63,866 nucleotides of DNA, taken from NCBI GenBank assembly GCA_002269645.1, contig NIVC01003236.1:1-63866 (forward strand), given 5' to 3'. Source of the DNA: Macrostomum lignano (taxonomy: Eukaryota). The notes under the pieces were generated by a model. It made no database searches. It saw only the letters and a list, made by a program, of their open reading frames with translations, and was not told the DNA's origin. The translations under genes were made by a program, and so were the position numbers. Shown here one piece after another: positions 24,237 through 35,344 of the stretch (position 1 is its first letter; the number at the start of each line of letters is the position of its first letter).

Positions 24237-25661
24237 CTGTCTATCTATCTATCTATCTATCTATCTGTCTGTCTATCTATCTATCTATCTATCTGTCTGT
24301 CTATCTATCTATCTATCTATCTGTCTGTCTATCTATCTATCTACCATCTAATCAGGCTTACTTATAAATGTCAACCAGACAGTCGGTGGCCCAGTCAGAC
24401 AGAAGAGGCTGACGCCTCTTCCTCGCCGCCTCGTCCTCAGCAGCCAGTTGCGCCAAATCCTGACCGATTGCGCTGCCGCCACTACTGCCGGTAGCACCAT
24501 CAGACTTTTGAAAACTCTCGTCTCGACGTTCGATTAATTCTAGGCGAAGTCGGCGAACACCTCGAACTAGCAGGGAGTTTTTCTGCGCCGATGACGTCAT
24601 AGCGGCTGCCAGGGACTGCGGATTGTCTATGGACTGGAGACCCGAAACGGGTAGCTCGGACACTTTGCCCTCAGCCAGCCACAGGAGCCAGCGCATCCCG
24701 GGGCGGGCCGGGCGAAGGTGGCAGCGGCGGCCGGAGACCACCAGAGCTGGGTAGGACTGCGGGTTTGATGTGGGATCTGAGTCTCTGCTGATGGGATCTG
24801 AGTCTCTGCTGATGGGATCTGAGTCTCTGCTGATGGGATCAGAATCTCTATTGATGGGATCAGAGTCTCTATTGATGGGATCTGAGTCTCTACTGATGGG
24901 ATCTGAATCTCTGCTGATGGGATCAGAGTCTCTACTGATGGGATCTGAGTCTCTGCTGATGGGATCAGAATCTCTATTGATGGGATCAGAGTCTCTATTG
25001 ATAGGATCAGAGTCTCTAGTGATGGGATCTGAATCTCTGCTGATGGGATCTGAATCTCTATTGATGAATAGAGATTCTGATTATTATTTATAATTATTAT
25101 TTAGAATCCAGACATTCATGCGGCCCAAAGATATAGCCAACAAAGTCTCACCTGTCTCTGCCAACGCGCCCACACCAGCCTGCCAATATCTTCATTTTCG
25201 CAATCATCTTTGCCATCAGCATTTGGATCATCATTCACAGATTGGCTAGTTGTCTTGCCAGCTGGGAGCAGAATGCTGCAGTCAGGTCTCAGCTCAGCTA
25301 GCCTATCGGCAGCAGATTTTGAGCTGGTGGCAGCAGCTGACTGCTTCACAGATTTGGAAATGTCAGTCAGTACCACACGTAGCTGGGGCAGTGTTGTCAA
25401 GTTTTCACTGCTAGCATTAGCAAGACCTGGCTTGGCTTGACCTGCAACATCACTGTCCACATCAGTTATATCAGTAGTAGACTTGTTTGCTGACTGTTGA
25501 CGCTTTCTAAGCTGAGGTCCAAAGTGGCCACACCTTTTGGGATATTTTCTTTTATTGGATCTAGAAGAACCAGCTGCCTTTGACTTTGGCACTGACAATG
25601 CTGGCTTTGAATTTATAGACACCCTGCGTTTTTGTAGCTTTACACTGTCATAGAGGGACAT
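15337..25661 (-). CDS. DNMT3: DNA (cytosine-5)-methyltransferase 3-like protein (PWWP-ADD-MTase), 9 coding exons, about 846 aa
   Basis: Exons in transcript order: 25661-25152, 24756-24362, 23254-23193, 19949-19585, 18440-18262, 17765-17433, 16889-16719, 16373-16188, 15676-15337. All junctions are GT-AG, phases are consistent and the total is 2541 nt with no internal stop. PWWP: [18 protein letters not shown]...[13 protein letters not shown]: [49 protein letters not shown]. MTase: motif [68 protein letters not shown]. The small exon 3 is the least certain. Confidence 0.93.
15702..16132. repeat. Perfect 16-bp minisatellite (TTCAGGGAGTGACTGG), about 27 copies, filling the last DNMT3 intron
   Basis: Direct reading, with no variant units seen. 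Confidence 0.97.
16405..16718. repeat. (GACA)n microsatellite in a DNMT3 intron
   Basis: Direct reading. It abuts the splice donor at 16718. Confidence 0.95.
16975..17400. repeat. 28-bp minisatellite (CAGCAACTGAGGATCTGGGAGGCTGGCC) in a DNMT3 intron
   Basis: Direct reading. It is the reverse complement of the array at 40470-41040. Confidence 0.95.
17820..18200. repeat. 25-bp pyrimidine-rich minisatellite (TCCCCTCCATTCTCATCCCTGCTCT)
   Basis: Direct reading, in a DNMT3 intron. Confidence 0.9.
18475..19515. repeat. 16-bp minisatellite (AGCTTTGAGCATGAGA) between the two ADD exons
   Basis: Direct reading. It is the source of the 290-358 aa [12 protein letters not shown] pseudo-ORFs. Confidence 0.95.
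20040..22830. repeat. 35-36 bp satellite array (GGGATCTGGGAATCTCGAGGATTTGAGAAAATTT) with a 72-bp dimer sub-array
   Basis: About 2.8 kb of tandem sequence in a DNMT3 intron. The [24 protein letters not shown] ORFs are the 72-bp dimer read in frame. Confidence 0.97.
23004..23157. other. Long imperfect inverted repeat (arms of about 60 bp, central palindrome AGTCACGTGACT)
   Basis: The left arm 23004-23066 is about 90% identical to the reverse complement of 23097-23157. Confidence 0.85.
23330..24345. repeat. (TATC)n/(GATA)n microsatellite, about 1 kb
   Basis: Direct reading. It generates the SIYL ORFs. Confidence 0.97.
24770..25070. repeat. 21-bp minisatellite (GGGATCTGAGTCTCTGCTGAT) in the intron that splits the PWWP domain
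   Basis: Direct reading. It generates the MGSESLL ORF. Confidence 0.95.
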
Positions 25662-27968
25662 GATGATAAGCTTAATGTTATTCCAATAATAAAGACAAGA
25701 TGATGAAACAATGGTCCTTTATCTGAAAAAGAAATTGTAAATAAAATGTTACAATAGTTAAAAGCATTTATGCAAATGAACTAGCTATATTGAATGCTTA
25801 GAAATTATTTTTTATATCCACTAATTGTTTATTTTACTTATGGCCCTAACTCTAATCCTAACCTACCTAAATGTATATAAGTTTACTAATTTAGATTGAG
25901 TATATGATGATAAGAAATATATATAATTTTATATATATATGCTAACAGATTGTAGTAGTGCTTCAATACTGTATGATTTTTTAGCAATAAAATGTACAGT
26001 TTCTTTGTAGCCAAATAAACTCAACTGACTAAGCTTCAATAAGCACTTGTTTGCGAGCAAATAACAGTTCAAGATATAAATTCCTTAGAGACTTTGGAGT
26101 TGAAAGCGACTTATTCATTTAAGAAAGACTGAGAAATGATTCTAAGAAATTTGCTAAGAGAGGGAACTGGGACTAATTCTCGGAGATATACTAAGAGAGG
26201 CGCCATGACCCTCTAGTCTCAGTAAATGCCCAATTAGGACTAACTAACTCATGTACCAATACTAGACCGCTCAGGCCATACATAAGACGCTACCAGAGCC
26301 ATACATAAGACACTACTAGAACATATACTAAGAATGCTACCCAGAAATATATGAGATTCTAAGAAACAGTTAGAAGTATTAAGATAGAAGCTAAACTCAG
26401 ACAACTTTGGTGGCAGCTTGTAGGAAATTTAATAAACAATAGTATTAATAGTTAGGATTTAAAAAGGCAGAGCCATAAGCCCTGTCACAGCGGGTACCAG
26501 CAGTAGGATATTTGTAAGGACAGGACCCAGAAGCCCATCACAAGATATAAAATTTTAATTAATATATAACCAGTGCTTTTAGATTTGACAATTTCTAAAT
26601 AATATTGAATTTTTGAAAAACAAGTCATATATAAGAGTTCAAAAAACAATTATATTTAACCTTATAATTTATATCCTTATTGATTTATATATGTGATGTA
26701 ACCGCCCTTGTTGCCTGTCCGCTCCGTAGAGAGACAGCGCATGACTAGAGGGGCAATGACCGTAGGCTGCCTATGACCGGGCAATGACCTGATGGACCTC
26801 CAGCTCCAGACTGTCCCGCCCACATGATTAATAGCTTTGGTAGCGCTTCGTGACCAGAGGGCCAAGGACCCACATGGACCCCACCTGTAGCCAAGGTGCA
26901 ATAGTTGGTCACTCGGTCATGGTATGACCGAGTGGCTGCCACCACTCTATGTGACCTGGCGCACCTGGATCTTTCTACCAGACCTCTCGAGGCTAGAGCC
27001 CCGCCTGGGATGGTTACCAGGGGATTTAGGCTAGCAGGGGAGACGCATGCAGCCGAGTACAGGGACTCTGCTTGGGGCATGATCGGGAACTCTGGGCTCA
27101 ATCTGGAGGATTTCTCAGCAGGGGATCCTTTGTGGCTGTGAGCGAGGCTGACTTGCGACTTTGATTACTAAGAGTAGTATGAGGCGAACATGTACTGTCT
27201 CTAGTTTAGATTGCTCAGGGCGAAGCGACGCGTCAGCATGGGGTTGCAACCTTCCTACTGCCATTCTGTGCCAAGACTCGCTAATCCCCTCAACTGCACG
27301 CACACACGGGCCCGCAGCACGCACTCACAGGCGGGCTTTGCACGGGGAGAGGCCATTAGCTTACCCAAACTTCCTTATGCTTCGCCACCCCGGGAGAAAG
27401 GCTTAGCAAGCCATGGGTGAAATGATGGTGAAAGAGTGAGTAATGATGAGGTTAGTTAATAGTTAATAATTAGGCCCTTAGGCAAATAATCAGGGAATTA
27501 GGCGGCTTCACTATTGAGTAAAATACAGCAAAAAGTTACGGTATCACAATTGGCTCAGCTCTCTAGTCAAGCAATGGCAAAATAGGCAAACCCCGGATAA
27601 GCAAAGGCAATTAGAGCGCAAATTAGTAATAGGAACTTACCGGCAGCTGCACAGAGAGAGAGGCGGAGTGACCGAGGGCGGCTGTAGGCTGCAGTCAGGC
27701 AGACAGTGAAGCGGCGATGCGCTGAAGCGACGAGGCGCTGATGTAGATCAGGCGATGCTGATGATGCTGGGCGGTATCAGACCGCTGGCCGATAGGCGGG
27801 CTCGCTTGGGGAGCTAAGGATAACTTGACGGTAACAGACCGCGGACCGGCAGAGGTTCGTCCTATAGACGAATGGGTCAGAGCAATGTCTGACAGCGAGT
27901 CCACAGTAGGACGAGAAGAAACGCGTAACCTCGCCGAGTTGAGGATTCTCATGCCGAAAACCGCTTCC

Positions 27969-28059
27969 TTATATAGCCTTCCTAGCCGCCGCTCCAAGGT
28001 CCTTTCCATGACTCCCTCTCTCTGATTGGCTGCCGGCAGAATGACGTCAGAATGAGTCA
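27969..28059 (-). promoter_or_regulatory. Candidate Pol II promoter (AP-1, CRE, CCAAT, TATA), probably driving a non-coding first exon of DNMT3
   Basis: On the minus strand: TGACTCA (28059-28053), TGACGTCA (28049-28042), CCAAT (28029-28025), TATATAA (27975-27969). A strong donor CCG|GTAAGT follows at 27640, and a strong acceptor TTTCTTTTTCAG ends at 25723, 61 nt before the DNMT3 ATG. Confidence 0.55.
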
Positions 28060-28440
28060 TGATGAGAAGCATGAGACCGGCATAGCAACATGAGAAATGG
28101 GAGAATTGCGCAATCCGGAGGTGGGGTGGGGGGATAATTGGCGCAGCGGGTGGTCGCGAAAGTATTGCGCAAGCAAACATTGAGAACAATGGGGCTGGGG
28201 TCGAGAACAAAGGAATTGGAAATCGGGGATAATTGGGGAGAATCGAGAACAATAGAAAAGCAAACATTGGGGAAAAGGTGATAATTAGGTGTGAAAACGA
28301 GAACAAAAGAAAGAGAAAATCGGAGAAAATGTGATAATTTGTGGGGGTAAAGAGAACAAAAGAATCAAAAACGAGAACAATAGAAGCGGAGGTGGGGTGG
28401 GTGCCGCATGAGAAATTTGGGGAGGAGAACAATAGCATGA
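28060..28440. repeat. Degenerate GAGAACAA/GAGAA purine-rich tandem tract
   Basis: Recurrent GAGAACAA and GATAATT motifs. Confidence 0.6.
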
Positions 28441-29468
28441 GAAAAGGTTGCGCAAGAGAGGGGGATGAGTCATCGATGAGTCATCGAGGGGAAGAAGGGG
28501 TCACATGACATGCGTCACCGTTTGGGAGCTTGGGAAGGGATGGGGTGACGGTGAGCGCACAAAATACTGTAAGTAGACGCAGAGAAAGAGGGGACAGCGC
28601 AGGAAAATAGTGCGAAAAAGGGCAAAAAGAGGGGAGACAGGAAGAGTGCATAGAGAATAGGGAGGCGCGCAGGGGAGATAAGGTAGAGGGGGGGGGGGTA
28701 CAAAGAGGGAGGGGAAGCTCCGGAAAGGCAAATGTGGCGGCAGGGGAGATGGAGCCAAGGCAGCAAGGGGATTGCAGCAGAGTGGGAGTCTCCAGGCCTG
28801 GTCAAAGACCTGGCCGAGTCTCAACAGCTCTGTGCAGGGGGTGCACGGCGATAGGAGGCACTTTTGAAAAAGTTCCCCTGCCCTATCCCGCAACCAGAGC
28901 ATGGTTACATCATATGAAAAGCCTTTAATATATGGATAAATGTTTAATTTTAATTGTTTTTACTAAATCTTAAAAATCTACTAATAAAATCCTAGAAAAG
29001 ACTATATGGCTATATAAAACTTTATTAAAAACCAATTAGTATTTATGCTTCTACTTCTATATATTTTTATAGAATTCTATATTAAAACAATAGATCATAT
29101 AAATGACTAGTCTATAGTTAGTAGGCCTATTAGTTTTAATAGCTAAATATAAGATAATAAGAATAAAACTATAGTACAATAAAAAAGAGATTATATATAA
29201 GTATTATATTTTAGATTTTATATTTATGATATTATGTTTTTGTTGACTTAATAGCAATAATTGCCAACATTTAAGTTTATACTTTGATATAACTTCAATG
29301 ATACGAGTATGAGCATATTATGTTTTATAGAAAAAAATGATTATCCATTAGAATTATTTTTTAATAGACTTTTATTAAATATTAAAATTCTAATTGATAT
29401 TTTATTGCTTATTATAGGGGCCTATATGAGATTTTATTATTTGCCAATATAACCATAATTATTAAAAT

Positions 29469-29866
29469 GCAGTGCTATCCCCATGGTACCGTAGGAATAA
29501 TTTTTATCTTATAGCTGGCTTATCTTCTATATATGCTGTAAGAATAATTTAGTTTAGTACTTGGGTTTAAGTGCAGTATAACAATATAACTTTGCTTGAC
29601 AATTTGTTTAATAGAAGTAAAGATTTAATGGCTTTTTTATGCAAAAAACGCTAGTTATGGTGTTGATCCATATCAACAGCTTCTTAGTATCTTCAATTCA
29701 AATTCCCTTTCAAAAAGCTATAAACTATTCACGTATAGCATATATATGTAGAAGATGGGGCAGCTATCTCGTCAGTGTGCCATGCAGAGAAACAGAAAAT
29801 TATTCCCACAGTACCGTTGGAATAAGACAGAAATTATTCCTATAGTACCATGGGGATAAGCACTGC
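29469..29866. mobile_element. MITE-like element of about 400 bp with TIRs of about 42 bp
   Basis: GCAGTGCTATCCCCATGGTACCGTAGGAATAATTTTTATCTT (29469-29510) matches the reverse complement of 29824-29866. No clear TSD. Confidence 0.65.
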
Positions 29867-29879
29867 CTTATTAAAAATA

Positions 29880-31636
29880 GGGTCCTAGTCATTTCGTCAA
29901 CTGGCGTTTTGTCAACTGGCCATTTCGTCAACTCAGTTTTATCACTGGTCGTTTCGTCAACTAGCCAATGAAGCGATCTCAAACCTTGGTCACTTCGTCA
30001 ACTGGTCAACAGGAAGTGTTCCAACATTGGTCACTTTGTCAACTGCCAATAAACTACCCCCCGCAGCCGCAAAAAAGTAAAACTGAACCCTGAAATGACT
30101 AAGTCGACAGGCTAATTAATATTCATACCCTCTGCAACATCTTCCGGCTTTCGATCGATGCATCTCTGTTATACGCTTGTATATGTACTAACAAAATATA
30201 ATGTGCTCATGTGTTTGAAACGTGTGCAGCACGACGGGGTTGAAATGCCGTGTGCACATTTGTATATTTTAAATTTCGAATGCAGAAGTTAATTAAGAAG
30301 TAGTACATGTAGTTGAGGAGAACCCGGACCCAGCCGCGGGTCCTCTATTCGCAAAACATACATATAGAAAGCATTCCAAATCAAGCCATTACATACATGA
30401 ATGTGGTCATGTATGACTGCGCAGCAGGTCACTTGGACGGAACAGGTCGGCGCGGTGATACAAAAGCCATGTTGGTCACTCGCGTAGGCGCGATCTTTGA
30501 AGGCGGCGCGCAACAGGCCAGCGTGCGCCGCGTCAACTTGTTACTTGAGCAACTTCATCAGCGTCCAGGTCTTGACAGTATACAGCAGGACAGTCTCGAT
30601 CATAGCCTCGCCTGGAACAACGCTGCCCTCTAGTGGTCAGCTGTACATTAAGCTGGCCTCGGACTGCAGGACTCCCCAGACTACCATGTAAATGTACTGT
30701 AGCTCAAGCCAGTAGTGTCAGAACATTTCAGAGTGGGGGGGGGCTAATGATGGGAGGGCACATTGCACATAATTTCTTCTAATCTAAGGGCACCCAAACT
30801 GCAGCTACATGAGCAGGAATGCACGAATCAAGAGCACGCCGCTGTGGTACTGCACCCAATATTGCCAATCGGTTTGCGCGTCTGCCTGTGCCTTTGCGTC
30901 TGTCTGCTCGTGCCTTCTTACAGTGCATTGTACATTTTAGTGTTAAGCATGACAGGGAGTGAAATACCTTATACAGCATGATCAATCGATGAGCGCGCAT
31001 GAATCGTGCGTAATTATATACTCCGATCAAGAGCGTTACCGGATATCAAGATTCGCTGCGGGGGCTTCAGTTGACTGTGCACAGCGGGGTGGAGGGGTGG
31101 GAATTAGGCGCACGCAGTCCACCAATTTTCACGACTCCATATATAGGGGACTTTATAGCAGTCCTCGACGCGTTTTGATAGAAGAAATACCCATGTTATG
31201 TAGTTGCGTGTATGGTCGCATAACACACAAATACTCAATATTCATATATTAATGCCCGGACGCATATGGGTATGAGTGTGCATGGGGTGACGCATTTGCA
31301 TAGAATATTTGCATCGAAACATTTAACCTAATGGACATGCAGTCTGGTATTGCAGAATAAAGTGAATTTCAAAATAAATTGAATAATAAAAATAAGGCAA
31401 TTAATAAAACAAGTCATCGATATAACAATAATTATAAGCTATACAAGATATGCAGCTGTATCAGCTACATACGTATATCATTCATATAATGAAAATTTTA
31501 GTCACTTCGTCAAAAAGCAAATTGGAAGGACCTAGGCATTGGTCACTTCATCAACTACAAGTAAAGTCACCCCAACACTTTGGTCACTTCGTCAACCGAG
31601 TTGACGAAATGCCAGTTGATGAAATGACCATCACCC
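29880..31636. mobile_element. Non-autonomous TIR element of about 1.76 kb, flanked by TA
   Basis: TAGGGTCCTAGTCATTTCGTCAACTGG versus the reverse complement of the right end TAGGGTGATGGTCATTTCATCAACTGG (23/27 matches, including the flanking TA). Subterminal repeats GTCACTTCGTCAAC occur at both ends. Confidence 0.7.
30420..30630 (-). pseudogene. Degenerate RTE-type non-LTR retrotransposon post-RT fragment
   Basis: The minus strand reads IETVLLYTVKTWTL..*QVDAAHAGLLRAAFK..RVTN..HRADL.RPSDLLR, resembling the post-RT region of RTE-clade LINEs (ESVLLYGxETWTL). It contains a stop and frameshifts. Confidence 0.6.
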
Positions 31637-34021
31637 TAAAAATACTTTTACTTTTTAAAGTATATTAAGTGACTAGGGAGGTCTAGTTTTAATTTTAATC
31701 TAAAAATATTAATAAGATAAGATGAGATATCTAGATTAGAATATAGGCTTAGCTAGGCCTATTGATCAAATGATTAAAGTCAATGATATAATTATTAAAA
31801 TGTTACGCACTAGAAATATATTTTGATATTATTAATATAGTAGATTTCTTAATAATTTTAAATTAAAATTGAGAGGAAGGAAAGTCTCTTCTATCTTCAA
31901 GTAAAAATCTAAATTCAAAGTATTCAACTTTACTTATACAACTTCTAGCTTATGGCAATGCAATTATATAACAATTAGGCTTAAAATCCTTTTATGCACC
32001 AAAATGTATGTAAAGTATATAGACTAGGCCTATAGTAGCCTATTAGGACTAAAAAATATAACAAGGGTTATACTTTGATAGTTCTAAGGACTACTCAAGT
32101 GCTACTTTACTCTACCTAGCCCTATACTTGAGACTGTATTTAAGTAGTCCTTGGATAGTTAACCTATAGCACTTTAAATAAATATATATTATGCATGTAC
32201 TTTTCAAGCATTCAGGAAAAAACCACAAACAAAACTAACCACGCCGTTTAGGCCTAATAGGTTGAGGTTCAGCTAGCTAGGTCGAGTCGAACTATTTATA
32301 CTATAGTCGTATAGAGCGGGACCAAAAATTACAGAACTAGAAACTACTTCTAAGGTTAGAGAATTCATTTTAAAAGATCAAGGAGTAAAGCAATTTTTCA
32401 TGAACGGTTGGAAGAGTGCAGTGTAGTGCAAGTTCACTTTAGTAACTGATTTGGAGTTAATTAATGAGCAAATGCAGTCTGCTGAATAAAAATTGCTACT
32501 TAAAAAATAGAAACTACTAATAAATAACTAATAAAACCGAGTAATAATTATAATTACTAGCTAATATATAAATCATACCGTTACCTTGAGAATGTATAGT
32601 TCTGTATTATTAACCATGTTTGCAGTTTAAATGCACTACATAAATTTTAAATTGTGCTTGAGAGTTAATACTGCATCCATTGAAACAAAATAATACTTTT
32701 TTCGTTAGGTTATCAAGGTCGAAATTTTATAAATTTTCTAAAAGTAGATGATCCATAATATAGAAAATATGTCTAGAATAGTCTTAACTTACTAAATAGA
32801 TGTAAGTTTTGACGCGCGTATATAAATTTATGACTGTACTTGTCGAGACCATGTCGACAAGATACAAATATCGTAACTCGTTTTCAGCGATCGTGTAAAA
32901 ATATTTAACCTTGTGAACAAATACTAAATACATCGTATAATACTGGCAAAACAGGCTCCTTGCCTGAGCCAAATTTACTACTACTACTACCATTTGAGAT
33001 GTTGGCTCGCTGCTGGATGCTAAGCTGGGTCAACAGACTCAACACCAATTACTAATTATTTCATTGAAAATAGAATATTTAGTTTCTAAATGTAATTTGT
33101 TTTCATAGACTGGTCATTTACTGTATTTTGTGGTTGCTCATTATTTTTAATTGAATTTATATTATAGTTTCTCCTAGGCTTAATTGTAATTTAATTATAA
33201 ATGTATATTAATTTCAGGCTATTTTGAACAATATTTTCAAAGCATAATAGGAAGTAAGGGATTAAAAAATGTAGAGAATTCAAAGCATATTGCAAATTTT
33301 ATTCCAAATCTAATTTAATACTTGTAGGTCACATGGCCATTGCCAATTTATTCAGTTAACAATTTTATAGCAGTGATAGGAACTGACTATTCTAATAAAT
33401 ATTTTTTCAGCTGAGATTTTGCTTAATAAATAAATGCAATAAAGTTTAAGCCATAAATAATAATCAATGCTAATGTAATACATTTAATATATAAATTATG
33501 CAATGTAATAAAGCATGATTTAGCTCCCATTATGCCTGCAATCAGAGATAATATCCTATATATTATTTGCAGGATTTTTCAATTAATGGATATATATTTC
33601 TGTATTTAATTATATAGAAGTTTTAAAAGACATTACTACGTTACTCAACAGCACTAGTTTTATTAAATAAAAGTAACCATTATGAGCACAAAATTTTACA
33701 ATATTTATTTTGACAATAAGTATAAAAACAATTTATTTGTTCAATTTTCTTAGCTTGAAGTTTGATGTGCTTATTTGATATTTTTGAATATGAGCAACCT
33801 TTTTGTGAAGCTAACCAATAAGACAATATTAGTTTAAGTTTTGAAGTCACTGCCAAAGTAAAGTTCTGACCTGAGTTGGGTTTGAATAGCTCAATGGTAA
33901 GCACATCTGGCTCTATACTACTACCTCTATTTCAATTCTTTGTATAGCCATATTAATTTTGTGCTTATTAATTGGCAATAATGTAGGGGAGTCAGTGCTA
34001 TTGTACACCTTGTGTGAGCAT

Positions 34022-34662
34022 ATGAATAAGTTTGTGCCTCTGTGTAAGTATTGCCGCGCTGGTACATGTATGTTCTCAAGAGTCAGCAGAATGGGCAGAA
34101 TTGCCTCAGCGCTGGTTGTGGGACGAATTCTGCATTATATTTTTAATCCTAAAGTAGCTTTAGTTCTTAGAAATGTTATCATTACTCAGTGCCAATATGT
34201 AGTTGACCACTGGGCACAGGCAAAACTTCATGTACCGATACTGCACCCAACTTTCTGGATGTGACAGTGCTCGGAGCGGGCATTGTTGGCTGGTCGGTGG
34301 CAGTTCAATTGCTTGACGCTCTGCCGAACTGTCGTCTCACTGTGGTTGCCGACCAGCTGGATGGCGAGACCGTGTCCTGGGTGGCTGCCGGGTCGTTTCG
34401 CGTCGAAAATTTTGAGGAATTGTGCCCAGACAGGCCTGGACAGGGCAGGAAGTGGGCGGCGGATTCGTTCCAGCACTACCTGGATTTGGCTGTGTCTGGA
34501 CAGGTACAGGTCAAATATTGAGCACTAGTGCGAATCCTATTATTAGGTCAAGGATATCATAGTTCACTCTGTTCATTTAACACAGAGAGAAGATACCTTT
34601 AAATGCCTGTCCGCTCTAGAAGCCATCAACTTATAGGTTATTAAGGGTTAAGTTGGTTAGTC

Positions 34663-34701
<39 letters not shown>

Positions 34702-34706
34702 CAGTC

Positions 34707-34737
<31 letters not shown>

Positions 34738-34770
34738 CAGTTAGTTAGTTAGTTAGTTAGTTAGTCAGTC

Positions 34771-34813
<43 letters not shown>

Positions 34814-34886
34814 CAGTCAGTTAGTTAGTTAGTTGGCTAGTCAGTTAGTTAGTTAGTCAGTTAGTTAGTTAGTTAGTTAGTTAGTC

Positions 34887-34921
<35 letters not shown>

Positions 34922-34922
34922 C

Positions 34923-34981
<59 letters not shown>

Positions 34982-35006
34982 CAGTTAGTTAGTTAGTTGG
35001 CTAGTC

Positions 35007-35041
<35 letters not shown>

Positions 35042-35070
35042 CAGTCAGTTAGTTAGTTAGTTGGCTAGTC

Positions 35071-35126
<56 letters not shown>

Positions 35127-35214
35127 GGTTAGTCAGTTAGTTAGTTAGTTAGTTGGTTAGTCAGTTAGTTAGTTAGTTAGTTAGTCAGTTAGTTAGTTAG
35201 TTAGTTAGTTAGTC

Positions 35215-35257
<43 letters not shown>

Positions 35258-35258
35258 C

Positions 35259-35289
<31 letters not shown>

Positions 35290-35306
35290 CAGTCAGTCAG
35301 TCAGTC

Positions 35307-35344
<38 letters not shown>

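Noticed and set aside
26692-27548. GC-rich block with TGTGAT...ATCACA ends as a possible solo LTR
   Set aside because: There is no TSD (ATATA versus ATTGG), no convincing PBS or PPT, no second copy in the window and no recognisable ORF. It is probably repeat-derived but cannot be classified.
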